From the NCBI GenBank assembly GCA_012295275.1, contig CM022665.1, positions 37,634,001-37,698,000 of the forward strand: a stretch of 64,000 nucleotides of DNA, written 5' to 3'. Source of the DNA: Chrysomallon squamiferum. Its lineage: Eukaryota > Animalia > Mollusca. This document shows positions 48,334 through 61,912 of the stretch, one piece after another. Numbering within the stretch: the first letter of the stretch is position 1; each line of letters starts with the position of its first letter. A program made the translations under genes and the position numbers. Under the pieces are notes generated by a model. That model did no database searches. It saw only the letters and a list, made by a program, of their open reading frames with translations, and had not been told where the DNA came from.

Positions 48334-49060
48334 TTTCAAAATATGTCTGGATAAAAGATAAAATGTCTGCTTCAGGTTATATTCACGAGCCTGTTATTAG
48401 ACAAGATTTTTCGTCAGAAACATAGAATCACAATACAGAAGTTGCACTGAGAAAATATATTAAGTATCATTTGTTGTATCATCTCAGAGACAGACACTTT
48501 AAATATACCTTCTTTTAAACCATGTCTAAACTCCTTAGACACTTTTCTCAGTTCCTGAGCATACGTCGTGTTCGCCTTCAAAAGCATTTGTAATCCTATC
48601 GTCCATTGTTTATATTGTTTAAATCTAATGAAGAAAAATAAAATTGAAATATTTATAAATAAAAGAAAAAAGGAAAATGAAATAAAAATAATACAGATAT
48701 CGTCATGCAGACGGTAAACAGAAGAAAAGAAAAAGAAATTAAAATTAATAAATTTAAAGTTCAAAAACAATGAACACTGTTACTGTAGGTATTGACACTA
48801 ATAAATTAAATATTGAAAATTTATATACGAGAAAAACTATGTTGCTGTGCTACAAAATGACAATACAGTAATAATTAGCTTCATTACTAAGTTTGTGTAA
48901 CTTTAATTAAAGCTCTCGTGTTATTTCTCATGTTGTATTATGAACCGAATACCTAGAATATCTAGCAGATATTTGATGTTGTGACTTACGATTTAGACTG
49001 ATATTCAGAAAGCACCGGTACGGCTGAATATTTGACATTTTTTACCCAAGTGGAACTCAT
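44603..49060 (-). CDS. Uncharacterised coiled-coil protein with a divergent F-BAR-like N-terminal domain
   Basis: Exons 49060-48990, 48624-48509, 48130-48001, 47581-47485, 47129-46941 (GC donor), 46650-46532, 46000-45883, [45594-45534 optional], 45442-45331, 44751-44603. Helical pattern: ANTTYAQELRKVSKEF, EKEIEKKRQK..LELERRKYEKSF, FKDEMEGLRWEWLENEEKKLACL, FKDVNVEELVE. The gene is well supported; the F-BAR call is inference. Confidence 0.7.
45755..45830. repeat. (AAT)n microsatellite
   Basis: Directly visible. It explains the poly-N and poly-Y ORFs. Confidence 0.95.
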
Positions 49061-49277
49061 AATTAGACATTTTAAGAAAAAATAAAATAAAATAAACGTA
49101 TAGTAATTAACAAGTCATTTTATAATTGTATAATTTTTTGTACAACGCACCGTTGAATGGAGTTACGTTGTAATGAATTACGTCATTAGTATGACGCAAT
49201 GGCAACACTACCGTAACCATTCTGTAATTAATATATAATTTTAGTTTTGCGACCTTCTTTCCTTTATGCGTAAATAA
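49061..49277. promoter_or_regulatory. Bidirectional promoter, F-BAR-like gene / ABHD12 upstream exon
   Basis: CpG-retaining. TTACGTCA and TGACGCAA (CRE/ATF-like) next to ATGGCAAC (RFX half-site) at ~49178-49206. Confidence 0.5.
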
Positions 49278-49334
49278 ATGAAGGTGAACTGGAACAGCAT
49301 TACGTTTCCCAAATTCTTTTTAAGGTTTGTACAC

Positions 49335-49374
<40 letters not shown>

Positions 49375-49834
49375 TCGTATTATTATTATCTTTGTTTATT
49401 TTTGTATTATCCTTTTGATTATTATGCATTACATTTTCGGAAATTAGTGACAACAGGCTGAGTAGAAAACCATTAACAGATAATTATTTTGGTAGATATT
49501 GGCTTAGTAAAGTTAGTTTCTTAACACCCGCCACGCTCTGTGAAACCTTGATATAGGGAGAAGCATATAATACTGGAAACTAACCGTTTGATTAAATACC
49601 ACTTTTAATGATACTGCGATCTGAGTAAAAACTGACTGTCGATATATCTCTTCGATCTCGATTTAATGTTTAAAAAAATAATCTAAACCTTTTACTTTTA
49701 TTTTAGACTATTTTCAGAAAGATCGCGCACGTGTTCTTTTGAGCAATCTGATTGGTCAATTAAAAGCAATGACAGATCCAGGCGTAGTAAGTCTAAAATT
49801 AGAAAATCTTGTTTTGGTTATCAGTCTCAACGTG

Positions 49835-52800
49835 ATGTTTTCCGATAGCAAACAGCTTACTGAGAAAAAACAAAATCTTTCCTTGATTAAACAACTCAAG
49901 GCTTCATTTATACATGAAATATGTTCTAACTACAGGTAATATAAAATTGTCTATTATTTTCGTTTTCAGTACGTTTACTTGTTTTTCTGTAAATGTAAAA
50001 ATAAATGGTGCGAAGTAGTTGCAGACGGCAACGGACTTTGGACTTCAGACTTTGTCCAGTTGATTATGGTCATGTTTACATTAACGTGACAGCGAGTTTA
50101 TTTTAATTTTCCTAATGGATTTAAGGTGACATCTTTTTAAACAAACTACTGTATGATCAATCTGAATTTTAAATTTGTTTTATTTCGCATATAACATGTA
50201 TTCCAACCTGTCCCTTGTTGTTATGTGTAATTATTATACTCATACTGTCAAACACAAAGATAAAAACTGACGGTTATTATTTATTTATTTCTTTTTTTCC
50301 CTCTCTCTCTTATTCCACTTATACCATTTTGTTTCAGTTTATAATATTGTCGCATATTATAGTTTATACCATGTTGTAATAAATGATTTTGTAAATTTGT
50401 TATTTTGGGAAATTAATTATGAATTAATGTATTATTCTTTATGTATATATATGTGTGTGAACGAAAGGTCAGACATAATAGTTTTAAAAAATGCAAGGAT
50501 GATTTGTTTATTTTGAAGGTTTTATTGTATTTCCATTACACACTAATTTGATTAAATGATTGTTAAATTGTTATCTTCTATTATGAAAGTTGTGAAATTC
50601 TGTTGCTTTTGGACAAAATTTTAACAAAATATTTAATAAATTGTTTGTGTGTGTGTGTGTGTGTTTTCATTATGCTGACATGTAAGAGTTAATCCACTGA
50701 CATTAAACTTAATCAGAATCTAAACAGGCTTAAATAATGAAACTACCATCCTGGAACCTGCCTTCCTCATTATGCTAATCATATAACATATTACTTAATA
50801 AGAAAACCAAGATAATTTATATAGTATATATCTACATGAACCATTAATAATGATGATACATATGTATATAAATACATTGTGTGAATGTACACACACACAC
50901 ACACACACTCATGCACATACATGTTAGGTATGAGTAACACATTAAACATCTCTGTGCTTGCCAAATATCAAATCATATTACACAACCTTGGACATGTTAT
51001 TACCAGTCATTTATGTGTTAATGTTGACAGCATCACTTAAGTTTTTAACACATTCCTGTGGTATTGAACTGAGAACAAATATATCTCAACGATCCATTGT
51101 ATTGTTATTATTGTGTAATTATTATGTATGAGCTGAAATAAAAACATTCGTTAAAATCAATAGTAATGAAGTATGGTTTGATCATACTTAAATGCTGAAT
51201 TAGGAAAATAAATATCCAAGTAGACTGGTGACATTACTTAATACAGTAAAATTACTGTAGTTTGAATTGTGCAATAGGTTTAGCTGTTGTTCTACAAAAT
51301 GATGACAGTACTTACTATATATAAATATGAGCATATAAATTTATAGACACAAATATATTTACAAGATGAAGACTAGGTAATATTCTTTATTATGTTCCAA
51401 ATTTACTACCTACTAAACTTTGGTTATTTGCTATGATAATTGGTGAGTTAGCCATTGTCTCATCTGTTTGTTTGTTGGACTGCTTTTCCATTTTTTTATG
51501 AATAACATAATGTAATGAATTTATGTATTTAAAAAAAGCAAATGGCAGCCAACATATTTCTTCACAAGCTTGGTCTAATATTATTGTGATATAAAATAAC
51601 TATGTGGAAATGTTCATATAATTCATTATGAGTTTAAAAGTTTTGTTTTAAAATCATAAAATGGTTTTAACTGATATTAATACTTAAATAGGATATTTTT
51701 TTGGCAGGAACAAAGCAAATTTAAAAATTAGATAAATAAAGTAAATAAATAAAATCAGTTTCTATTTATAGTTTCAAAATTTCGCATATTTAAAAAATAT
51801 TTTGTTAAATAATTGTGCAATATTATTAGAAAATAAATGTTATATAATTTATTCATTATTGTTCTCATAAGGATAAATTTAATTTCATAAATGTGTAATT
51901 ATTTTAAAATTTTTAAATTGTTCAGACACTGTTGTGGAACTTTAAAGACTACCTAATTAATATTAATAACTAGTATATTTTAATAATTAAAAAAAAAAAT
52001 CAGTAAATAGATATTATTAAAGGAAAATTTCCATTATTTTGCAGACAATATCGCGGAGTGGTGCTGAGAATAATAAAGGCCTTCACATTCATTGTGTTTA
52101 TGACCTACATTGCCATTCCTATATTTATCCGAGCCAATCCATGGATTGTTCCTAAAGTTATTTTTTCAAATGTTGGTGAGTAGATATTTTTGTTTAGTAT
52201 TAATTTAAATGTCTTCAAAAAGTTAATTTGTTTGTTATAACTATAAACAATTTCATTTATTAGATGTTGTGTAATAATTTTAATTTTTTAATTTTTTTTA
52301 ATGTTTTCATTTAATTCATATCTGACCACTGAAATGTTTTTTTGAATTCTCTATTTTGAAAATAGCTACTGCTAGAAGTTATAAACTTTATGAGAAAAGT
52401 TGTAAAAATAATTACATGCAAATTATATACACTCACAAAAACACAATTATGTAAACATTTATTTATTTTCATTCAGTTCGCTGGCCTCCTTTTATTGACT
52501 TAAGTCGACCATCAGACTTTGGTTTAAACACAACACGAAACTTATATCTGACAGTTGACAATGGAATACAACTTGGTACTTGGTAAGTTCCTGTATTATA
52601 TGTGTGTGTGATTTATTTATTTTATTTTTTTTTATACTTTTTTTATAGCTCATATAAAATAAGTAAAATTAATTTAAATATTTTATTTTAATTTGTACAT
52701 AATCACTTACAAAAAGTATTGTGCTTTACATTTATAGGCATACACTACCCAAGAGTTTGGAAGACAAGATTGATCCCATGGATCCATTTATATTTGAAGA

Positions 52801-55800
52801 CTTGCTTGGATCAGGTAGAAAAATCATGGTTTATCTCCATGGAAACAGTGGCACTAGGTAAATATTAGACAGGAGCTAATTTCACATCTTTTTTTTAAAA
52901 TATAAAAATTATACTTTTGTCATAGACAATTAATACAAATAGAAAATATTCACCACATTTTAATAATTAAGGGTTGAGAACAAAAGTGGTCTAACCTCAA
53001 AGAAGTGAGTCTGGGTTACATGATGATAGATGCTGATGAAATCCATCAGTGCCTGAATGCTATTCACATTTTCTGTAACTGTACCTATAATCAGAAGTGT
53101 TACTTTACATCTGTTTTATAGAGAGGTTGCCAGGATAGCACTATTCCAGTATCAGAGCATATTTTATGTTGTAATAAATTCAGTTATCTCAAAAACTATG
53201 TTTCTAAGCCCTTCTTATGGCAATCATGATTCACTTGACTTGTTAAAAAATTGTTGTTCTTTTTTTAAATTGAAATTATTATTTCAGAGGAGGTTGGCAC
53301 AGAGTTCAGATGTACAAACTGTTGGCAAGTTTAGATTTTCATGTTGTCACTATTGATTACAGAGGTGAATATTTCAATACTGTTCTTATTATTATTTTAG
53401 TAAGTTAAAATCAAGCAGCTGTTGTTATAACCATTCAAATTTTTATGATTAGATACTCATTATGTTAAAATCTTATGCACTGTAACATTTAAAGTCATAT
53501 ATATATATATATATTGCACTTTTTTCGTCAGTATATATTTGTTCTACCAACAGTTTACAAACCTGTTATTTTCTATTTTTACGTGATTTTGCTTCTGAAT
53601 TTCAATGACAACATTATTTTAAATGTTTTTTCTAGATTTTTTCTCTTTATTTTTGACAATAATTTATAAACACAAATATTGTGTTGTAGGTTTTGGAGAT
53701 TCTTCTGGCTCTCCTTCTGAAGATGGTGTAGTTTCTGATGCATACTTTCTGTACAAGTGGGTACGCAAGAGAAGTGGGTCATCACCTGTGTTTCTCTGGG
53801 GACACTCACTGGGGACTGCGTAAGTTTTATTTATTCTATTTATCTGTTATTTACACTTGCTTGGAGTTATTTTGTTTTTTATTGTTTTTTTTAGGTAAAG
53901 TTATTATTATTTTTAATTTATATACATCAAAATATGCATGTTCAGTTCAATTATTTTGTTTTTTATTCTGTAACACCTTTGTCTAAAAACAAATGTGCAT
54001 CTCATTTTATTATTTTTATAAAACTTTGCTATTACATTTTGTTTATACATAGTACCAGTTTTATCAGAATTTCAAAGCATTCATACAAAAATAATAATTA
54101 ATTTATTTTGTTAAAAAATTACTTTTCTTTTGTTTCAGAATCACAACAAAATTGGCTAAAAAACTTTGTGATGAAGGCAAGATTTCAGAACATTTTTTTA
54201 GTTAGATACTTTTAGTTAAACATTGATATTAGTTTTAAAAATACTATATTTGGAGTTTGATTAATTGGGAAACAGTCATCTTCATAAGATAATTAATTCA
54301 GTTATCCAGAATAAAAATGTAAAAAAAACAAACAAAAAAACACCTTCCCATAAAAAAACCCCACACCAAAATGTTTGTTTCTTTATTTAACAGTAAAAAC
54401 ATGATTATCAAATAACATTCAATATCTTCTAAAGATCCTGCATATTTTCACATTCAACAAAAATGTCAAAAGTGTCTTTTTGTTAACATCAGTGGATTTA
54501 CTCTTTTTATATAGATAAATTGTTTCTATCTGGAATTGCTAGTCCTTGATACTACTTCCTTTATTTTAAAAAACAAAATTCAGTACTAGCTTATGATTTT
54601 TAAATATTAATCTTATCATTTGTTTTCAGGTGAACCACCAGTAGGCGTAGTTCTAGAAGCCCCCTTCAACAACATCAGAGAAGCAGCTGAAAACCATCCA
54701 TTTTCTTTTGTAAGTTTTTGTCTGTATTTACCTTCAGAAATTTTGAATCTGTTCTTTTATAAGTTTTTATTTATTTTTTGTTTTAGATATTTTGAAATCA
54801 TTTCCTTTTGTTTGATTCAGATCTTGATTTAATTTCAGATACTGTGAAACTGTTTTCTTTTAAACGTTTTTATCTGGGTTTAGTTTCATTTGTTTTGAAA
54901 TCATTTCATTTGCCACATTAATACTTTCTTTGGTTTTTGATATGTTTTCTTTAAAATGTTGGGTATAGATAGTCTAAAAATTTAGCTAAGAGATGATAAT
55001 ATATATATATATATAGATATATTTAATCTGTGATTAACCTATTATTAATGTGTTTCCAGATGTTGGTTTTTTAAAATATATTTTATCCAATATTTATTAC
55101 TTTGTTTCTTTCATATTTTCAGCCATACCGTCTGCTTCCTTGGTTTAGCTGGATATTTATTGACACTATTCATGAAAATGGAATTTTCTTCAACAGTGAT
55201 GAGAAGTAAGTTATGTAGATCCTATTTTAGGAAAGATATATCAAAGATCAGACTCAAGTAATTATTTTAATAATAAGTAAGTATTATCAACTGTTTACTT
55301 TCTAAATATTTCAACAAACAAACAAAAAACAAAAACAAATCCAATTCCCAGTTGTCCCAAACTTATGGAATATGGAAAAACATAAGGTATATTAAATACA
55401 TTTTTTCTGTTCTCTATGATAAAGTATAATACTGAACAATAGTATTTATGATATCTGTAATATATTTCAGTATTGAACATGTAACACCACCTATCCTGAT
55501 TCTGCATGCTGAAGATGATGCCATTGTGCCTTTTCATCTTGGAAAAAAGGTATTTTTTTAATTATTATTATTATTATTACTGTTATTACTACCACTACTA
55601 CCATCACCACTACAAGTACAGGTTGAAGTTCCCAAAATTGGCATTGTTGGGACCAGTACTGTGCCAACTAAAGCAATTTTCTGACTAATACTATTCATAT
55701 AAATTGGATATTGAGCATTTGTGGATGAGGGCATGGTTTCACTGCAAAATGGTATAATAATGCTTACAAATATTCAAAACAAAGGAAAAGACATGGATCT

Positions 55801-56574
55801 GCACTATGCAGCAACCTGTACTACTATTTTAAGTACATTGTATCGTGTTGTGTTGTTTTTTGCTATGCTATGCTATGTTATGTTATGTTTAGGGTATTTA
55901 TTATATAACATACAAACATTTCCACTAGTTACTTGAATTTTTTCTAGTTGTACCATGCTGCCAAAGACTCTCGTCAGGATCATCATGGTGGTGTTGATTT
56001 TGAAGTGTTTGATGGTGATGATGGCTTTGGTCATAAACATATCTTCAAATCTCCAAACTTGCCATCCATAATTCAGTAAGTAACTGATTTGTTTTTATTT
56101 CTTATTTTTATAAACATTTGTTGTGGAATATCTTGTTCATAAGCCAGTTTTGTCAGAATTCTTTATATCTGAATCATAATCTGAATAAGTTATTTTATTG
56201 TCCTATGAAAATTTTTAAACAAAATTTTGGGATTTTAAAATAATGCTTTAAAACAAGTTATAATGTTTATCTCTTTTCTTAATAATAATTTAGTTTTATT
56301 AAATTTTAATACATAATTTTAAAGATAAATATTTATACATTTGATCAAGATGAATTTTAATGTACTTTAATACCAAATAAAAATGTTACTGTTTAGTTAT
56401 TTTCAGAAAAACTAAATACCATTATCATACTTCTTATATTCAAATATTTTGAAAAATAATCAAGTACATGATTATTTATATAATAACAGTGGCATCCATA
56501 TTTGAATATGTTAACAATTTTGTATTTATTTCAGGAATTTTGTGGAAAAGTCAATGCAAAAAACAAAGAATTAA
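49835..56574 (+). CDS. ABHD12: Lysophosphatidylserine lipase ABHD12 (alpha/beta hydrolase)
   Basis: First exon uncertain (49278-49324, 49835-49935 or 50115-50125, all phase 2). Then 52045-52175, 52477-52582, 52738-52857, 53288-53364, 53690-53819, 54139-54176 (GC donor), 54630-54709, 55123-55205, 55471-55549, 55948-56075, 56535-56574. N-terminal TM helix, [23 protein letters not shown], nucleophile [18 protein letters not shown] (Asp), GFGHKHI (His). Confidence 0.95.
55619..55818. mobile_element. Small Tigger-type MITE with TA TSD in an ABHD12 intron
   Basis: TA|CAGGTTG...CAACCTG|TA. Only 7 bp of perfect TIR. Confidence 0.5.
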
Positions 56575-59500
56575 TTTCTAATCAGATGGCTATTTCCAGG
56601 CTGTCATTAATACCTCAGGGAGTATATATATATGTACAAGTGAAAATAATATATAAAATTACCTATATATTTTTAATTATATTTTTATTGACATTTTCAT
56701 ATATTGCAACATGAAATGCAGTAGAATGTAATCTGAATATAAAAAAAAGTATGTACAATAATTTTTTTTTTACATTGGATTGTATATTTTTATTATTTTA
56801 ATCAGATACATCTAAAAAAAAGTCTGTGCCTCCCACCTCTATAATTTTAGAAACTTAACAAGATTTCTTTTCCTTATTTGCTGAATATATACATTCCAGC
56901 CTTTACAATAAGGTGCAATCTTCATTTTTCTAGATATACAATTTAAGTAAGCTGTGTATTTTTCATGGTTAAAATTGTAGTTACAATTTTATAAATAACT
57001 GTCCTTTTAGACAGTGTGTATTTAATTTTGGTACAAATACCAGAGGTCTCCTGTAACATTTTGTAATGTTTTGCAAATTTAAAATCTTCATTTAGAACTG
57101 TTAAAAGTCCCAGAACTCTGTTTGAGAACAATGGAAATCATTTATTTTAGGAATATATTACTCTTCATTTTTTTAAAGACATTCAGTGATTACTTTTATA
57201 TGGCAACTGGAATATTTAACTATTGGTTAAATTAAGTGTGTGAAAAAATGTTTGTACTTATGTTCTTTTATAATTTTTTTAATATTGTGTTTGCAGATGG
57301 CACTGTTTTTTCTTTTATTCCATGGTTTTTCAAAACTGTTTTCACAATATATTATTTTAACATGATAATGGTATATGGTATGATAAACTAAAACAATACT
57401 AATAAGTAGTTCTGAGTATAAGGTTTGAAGTTTTGGGTAGATGAGCAAAAAGAGATGGTACTTACATTGGTTTATCTTTATAAGTCATTTGTAAAACAAA
57501 ACTGTGAATGTCTGGTTCATAAAGAATAGTAGAAATTACTATTACAGTAAAAATTGCTTTAATATATATATATAGAACATAGAAAGCTTCGCAAGTCATG
57601 ACCATTTGCAAAATATATCTAATCTGTGGTAAATATCTAATTGCATGTATTTTTCATAAGCAGTTTGCTTATTTTGTAAATTTTTATTGTTGTTTTGTTC
57701 AATGAGTTTTAAAGATTTCTTTCTTGATTTCCTTGCCTATTTTTAATGGATTAATGTTCTTTCTAGTTTCAAGTACAAAACTCAAATAATGACCTGAATT
57801 TTACTGGCCACACTAGCATTCTAGCCAGAGAAAATGTCACAGAGAAGGAAGTCCATTATATGTATTTAATTCCTTTCAGAAATGAATCATTGACAATATA
57901 GTCCAGTGAAAGAAACTACTAATGGTTTTTATTTACTTACGTATTTACAGGTTTGCTTGCTTATAATATTAATTTTATTTACTTATACAGCTTAAGTTAC
58001 ATTTACGTATAATTATTACATTGTTTATATATATTTATTGCATTATTTAAAAAATGATTTAATATATGAACCATTGAACAATTTATTTAGTGTACAAATT
58101 AAAGTGCTAAAGAAGCAGATCTGTTTTCTGAAATTAACAGAAACCATAACTCTTAAGACAGTGTTCATCTTTATACCAAGATATAGAATAATGTTAATGA
58201 TGTTAATTATAATTACTTAAAGAATAGATCTGAAAACGTATCTTCAGGATTGTTTTTGTACTATGTACATCCTGTATTATTCTCTTTATTAATTTTTTTT
58301 TGGTAAATGCTTTGTTGGAAAATGATGACATGAGGTCATAATTTGTAAATAGCATATAAAAGGGACTTCTTTTATAATTCGTTTTCCTTTTTTCTTTTTT
58401 TTTCTCTTTTCTTTTGTTTGTTAGGAAGGGTACAAAATTAAGTTTAACAGATTAATTGTTTAAAATAATATTGCCCCAATAACTTTAATGTGTTATTTAT
58501 TTCAGAAGTGATTAATTTCTGTGTTCATCTTTTTGTCTTTTGTCACACAGTTAAATATTACTAAAATCCCTATCATCAGTCAGTCAAATATTTTTTTTTT
58601 TTTTTTAAATATTGTTAAAAATGGAAATGTCAGCATCATCAAAAACTTTTCCTTACTTAAGTATTAGTAAATATTCATTGCCTTAAAAATAAATAATTTG
58701 AAAGAGTACAAAATATATTTTGGCTATTTGTTATTAAATCTAAAACTGGAACTGTGATTATTATTATTATCTTATTTTTCTTCTTCTTTTTTTTCTCTTT
58801 TTTTGTATGTGTGTGTCCTGACTTCCCTTTTTAAAATGTCTGTGATTTGTTTTATCCTTTATGGATATTTCACTTTATTGCAATGATTTTAGCCTTTTAT
58901 TTTTATATTGTTTTACAGAATACTTTCAAATAGCAAAATATTTGCCTCCATTTAATTGAAGCCTTTATTATTATTATTATTATTATTATTATTTTTTTTT
59001 TTTTTTTTTTTTTTTTTTGTGATATATAATAGTTTGTGGTAAGCTGTATGATTTGAAATTAATCCTCCAAATTGTACTTTGAATTTTAAAAAGAAATCAG
59101 TTTGCTACAGTTAGGACCTTCAGTAAACATGTACATATTTTGTTATGAATATATCTGGTTTTATTAGGTAGTGTGTGATGTTATTTGTATACTGAACAAT
59201 GCTGCAGCAATGCAAACTGATTTAACTAGTTGGTTTTTTTTTTTTTAGTTATTAGATTTGTTCTTGTTTGATGTTTTGTTGAACTGTTTTATTATTGTTT
59301 TTGCTTAGATATGTTTAAGTTTGATTTGTAGATTATCTGCAAACTATGCTGGAATATATTTATATTATTTAATTGTTTTTGCTTGCTGTACTTTTAATTT
59401 ATTCTTATTATTACTTACATTATATATGTGTATATATATATGTATATATATATATATATATGATTTTTATTTAACTTTGTACAGTGTTATCCTCTTTTAC

Positions 59501-59843
59501 TGTTTTTATTTTGCATTTCCTGTGTTATCATTTTTTATTTGATTAATATCAGTAAGTTAATCTGTTCACTCAGTAACAATAGCTCCCTTTTATCTTTGTA
59601 GTGGTTTATTTATACATTAGTAAATTATGTGTAGAATATAGCTTTTAAACTTCACAGCAGCAATTAAAAACTAGTTATTTAATACGCATTTGTATTCAAC
59701 ATGATCAGACAAATGGACGCACAGTTATCATTGTACAGATATTAGTCTGTATTTGAGGTTCTGTTATTATTGTTGTTGTTATGTATAATGTTAATACTAT
59801 TATTATTATTATTTAGTTGTTTTTTGTTTTTGGTTTTTTTTTA

Positions 59844-60078
59844 TTGTCTGAGGATTCTTTATCTGAAATGTTTGGGCCTGGAAATATTTCAGATTTTGGA
59901 ATATAAGAAGTCAACATGAAACTCACAGATATTTTGTATACATACATACATACATACATTCATACGTACAGCTTGTGCAGATAGTCTATAGGCATTTTAT
60001 AAATGAAGTTTGTGAATGCTACATTTTCAAAAAACTGTTACTAATAAAAACAAAACTGGATAAAGGATCCTCAGTTAG
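59844..60078 (-). mobile_element. Second, more decayed Tigger4/Zombi-like MITE
   Basis: TGAGGATTCTTTATCTGAAATGTTTGGGCCTGGAAATATTTCAGATTTTGGAATAT at one end and GGATAAAGGATCCTCAG at the other form inverted termini. Related in reverse orientation to 36539-36812. Confidence 0.6.
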
Positions 60079-61848
60079 TATTATTATTATTTAATGGAAT
60101 GTATTAATACATGATAATGTTTTTCTTTCTTTTCCTTTTTATGTTAATGTTTTTGTTTTTTGTTTTGGCTTTTCAAGTTTATATGATTAATTATCTGTGA
60201 TTTTGCTCTTTAGCTTCTTTTTTCTTTCTTTCTTTTTTTTTTTTAATGCATATTACTAACTTTTATTGTTCAGTTTCGTGAAATAATAAATAAGTACAGA
60301 AATTCAGCAGAATTGTCGTTCTATGAATCTGTTTAAAAATTATGGCAGTCTTAAGATTTATTTATTTATAGTTGTTGTTGTTGTTTTGTTATTGTTATTA
60401 TTATTATCATCATCATCATCATCATAATCTTTTATTATTATTATTATTTTCTTAGATTCACTTTAACTCTGATTATTATTTATTAACTGTGCGCTGAAGG
60501 TTCATATTAAACCGAATTTTAATTACTGCGTTTGTGTGTTCATGAGACATGAGAAGCATATTCATGAATGGGCATGCGTTTGCCTTTATAATTAATTTTT
60601 CATTTTTATTACAACCATCCTGCAAGGAAACACATTTTGTTATATCGATTTAATATAGAATAAAAATAAGTAAAAGGCACTAAGTTTCGGTGCATCTGCA
60701 TTGATAATAGGAATTGCAGCACGTGATCAGAAAATCAGACGCAACTAACAAGTAAACACAGCGAACACCTTACAAAGTATGTCAGTCACGTATTTAAAGT
60801 CAGTGACCTGTGAAAATAGAAGAAAAAATCCATGAATCCTTGTAACCGATATTTACCAATCTGAAGGTGATTACCATGGTTATTTAACTTCAAGAGTCGC
60901 TCATTCGATGCCTTGGTAGTCCTAATGTCGTTGTCTCTTTACAGGTGTCATCTTAACAGAGGCATAGGTCATTTTAAACATGTAAAAGATACTCAATGAT
61001 TTAAATATTTAAGAAAAGGTCATTGTAAAGAATATCATGTATATCTTTTTCTACTTTCTCTTTTTCCTTTTTTTTTTTTTTTTAAATCGATTAATGCAAA
61101 TCTGGATATTTTATTTGTTAATTAAACCTGCATGTATGGCTATTTTATGATAGCACATTTGGAAAAGGATAATGACACTAAATGCATTGAATGAACGTCT
61201 GTTGATATGGTAAACTAGTGATAACAACCGTCAGGTAATATACAACTATGAAAATGAATGACTTTCTATATAATAATATATATTTTAATATTAACGCTTA
61301 TTACGTGATTGACATGCTGTTGTTGCTGTTGCTGTCACATTTATATTTTGTTTTACTTTATTATATCATTTTAAATTTATTTTTGTATAATTCTGTGTCA
61401 CTAGTGCAATCGATTAGCATAAAGATAAATTTATAGTCAAGAAAACATATAACAGGTTATTTTTAAACCAGATCACTGGCTGGAACGTGAAATAGCTATA
61501 CTATCGCTGAGTAAAGATTGAACCTGCTACTCATGAAGCATCATACTTACACAAAGACGCACATGCGTATGTTCTTGTTATACACACTCACGTATGTAAT
61601 CAAATTAACTTTAAAACATTTAATCTGATCTCAGTCTTAATTGAAGTTTCAGATAAAAATAATGTGCACAATAAGCTTTCGGCTGATTGTGTAGAACTAA
61701 AATAGTTTTAGGAGTTTCATAGGGCCTAAAGGCCAGAATGGAATCGTTTTTCTTGAAAACTAGATTTAGCTCATTTTTTTATTTACCTACATTGTCACAG
61801 AAATTGATGAATGAATGCATTATTCAGCTGTATGTATTGGGATCAGAG

Positions 61849-61912
61849 CAGGGCCGGTGCCACCATAGGTCAGCTATGTAGTCAGCTAGGGCGCAGACCT
61901 CATAGGGGTGCT
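61849..61912 (+). mobile_element. Possible isolated hAT-like terminus (CAGGGCCGG)
   Basis: GC-rich CAGGGCCGGTGCCACC...CTAGGGCGC...AGGGGTGC patch. No partner TIR found. Confidence 0.3.

Noticed and set aside
60700-61240. E-box and isolated splice-like signals downstream of ABHD12
   Set aside because: No consistent exon chain or ORF could be built.
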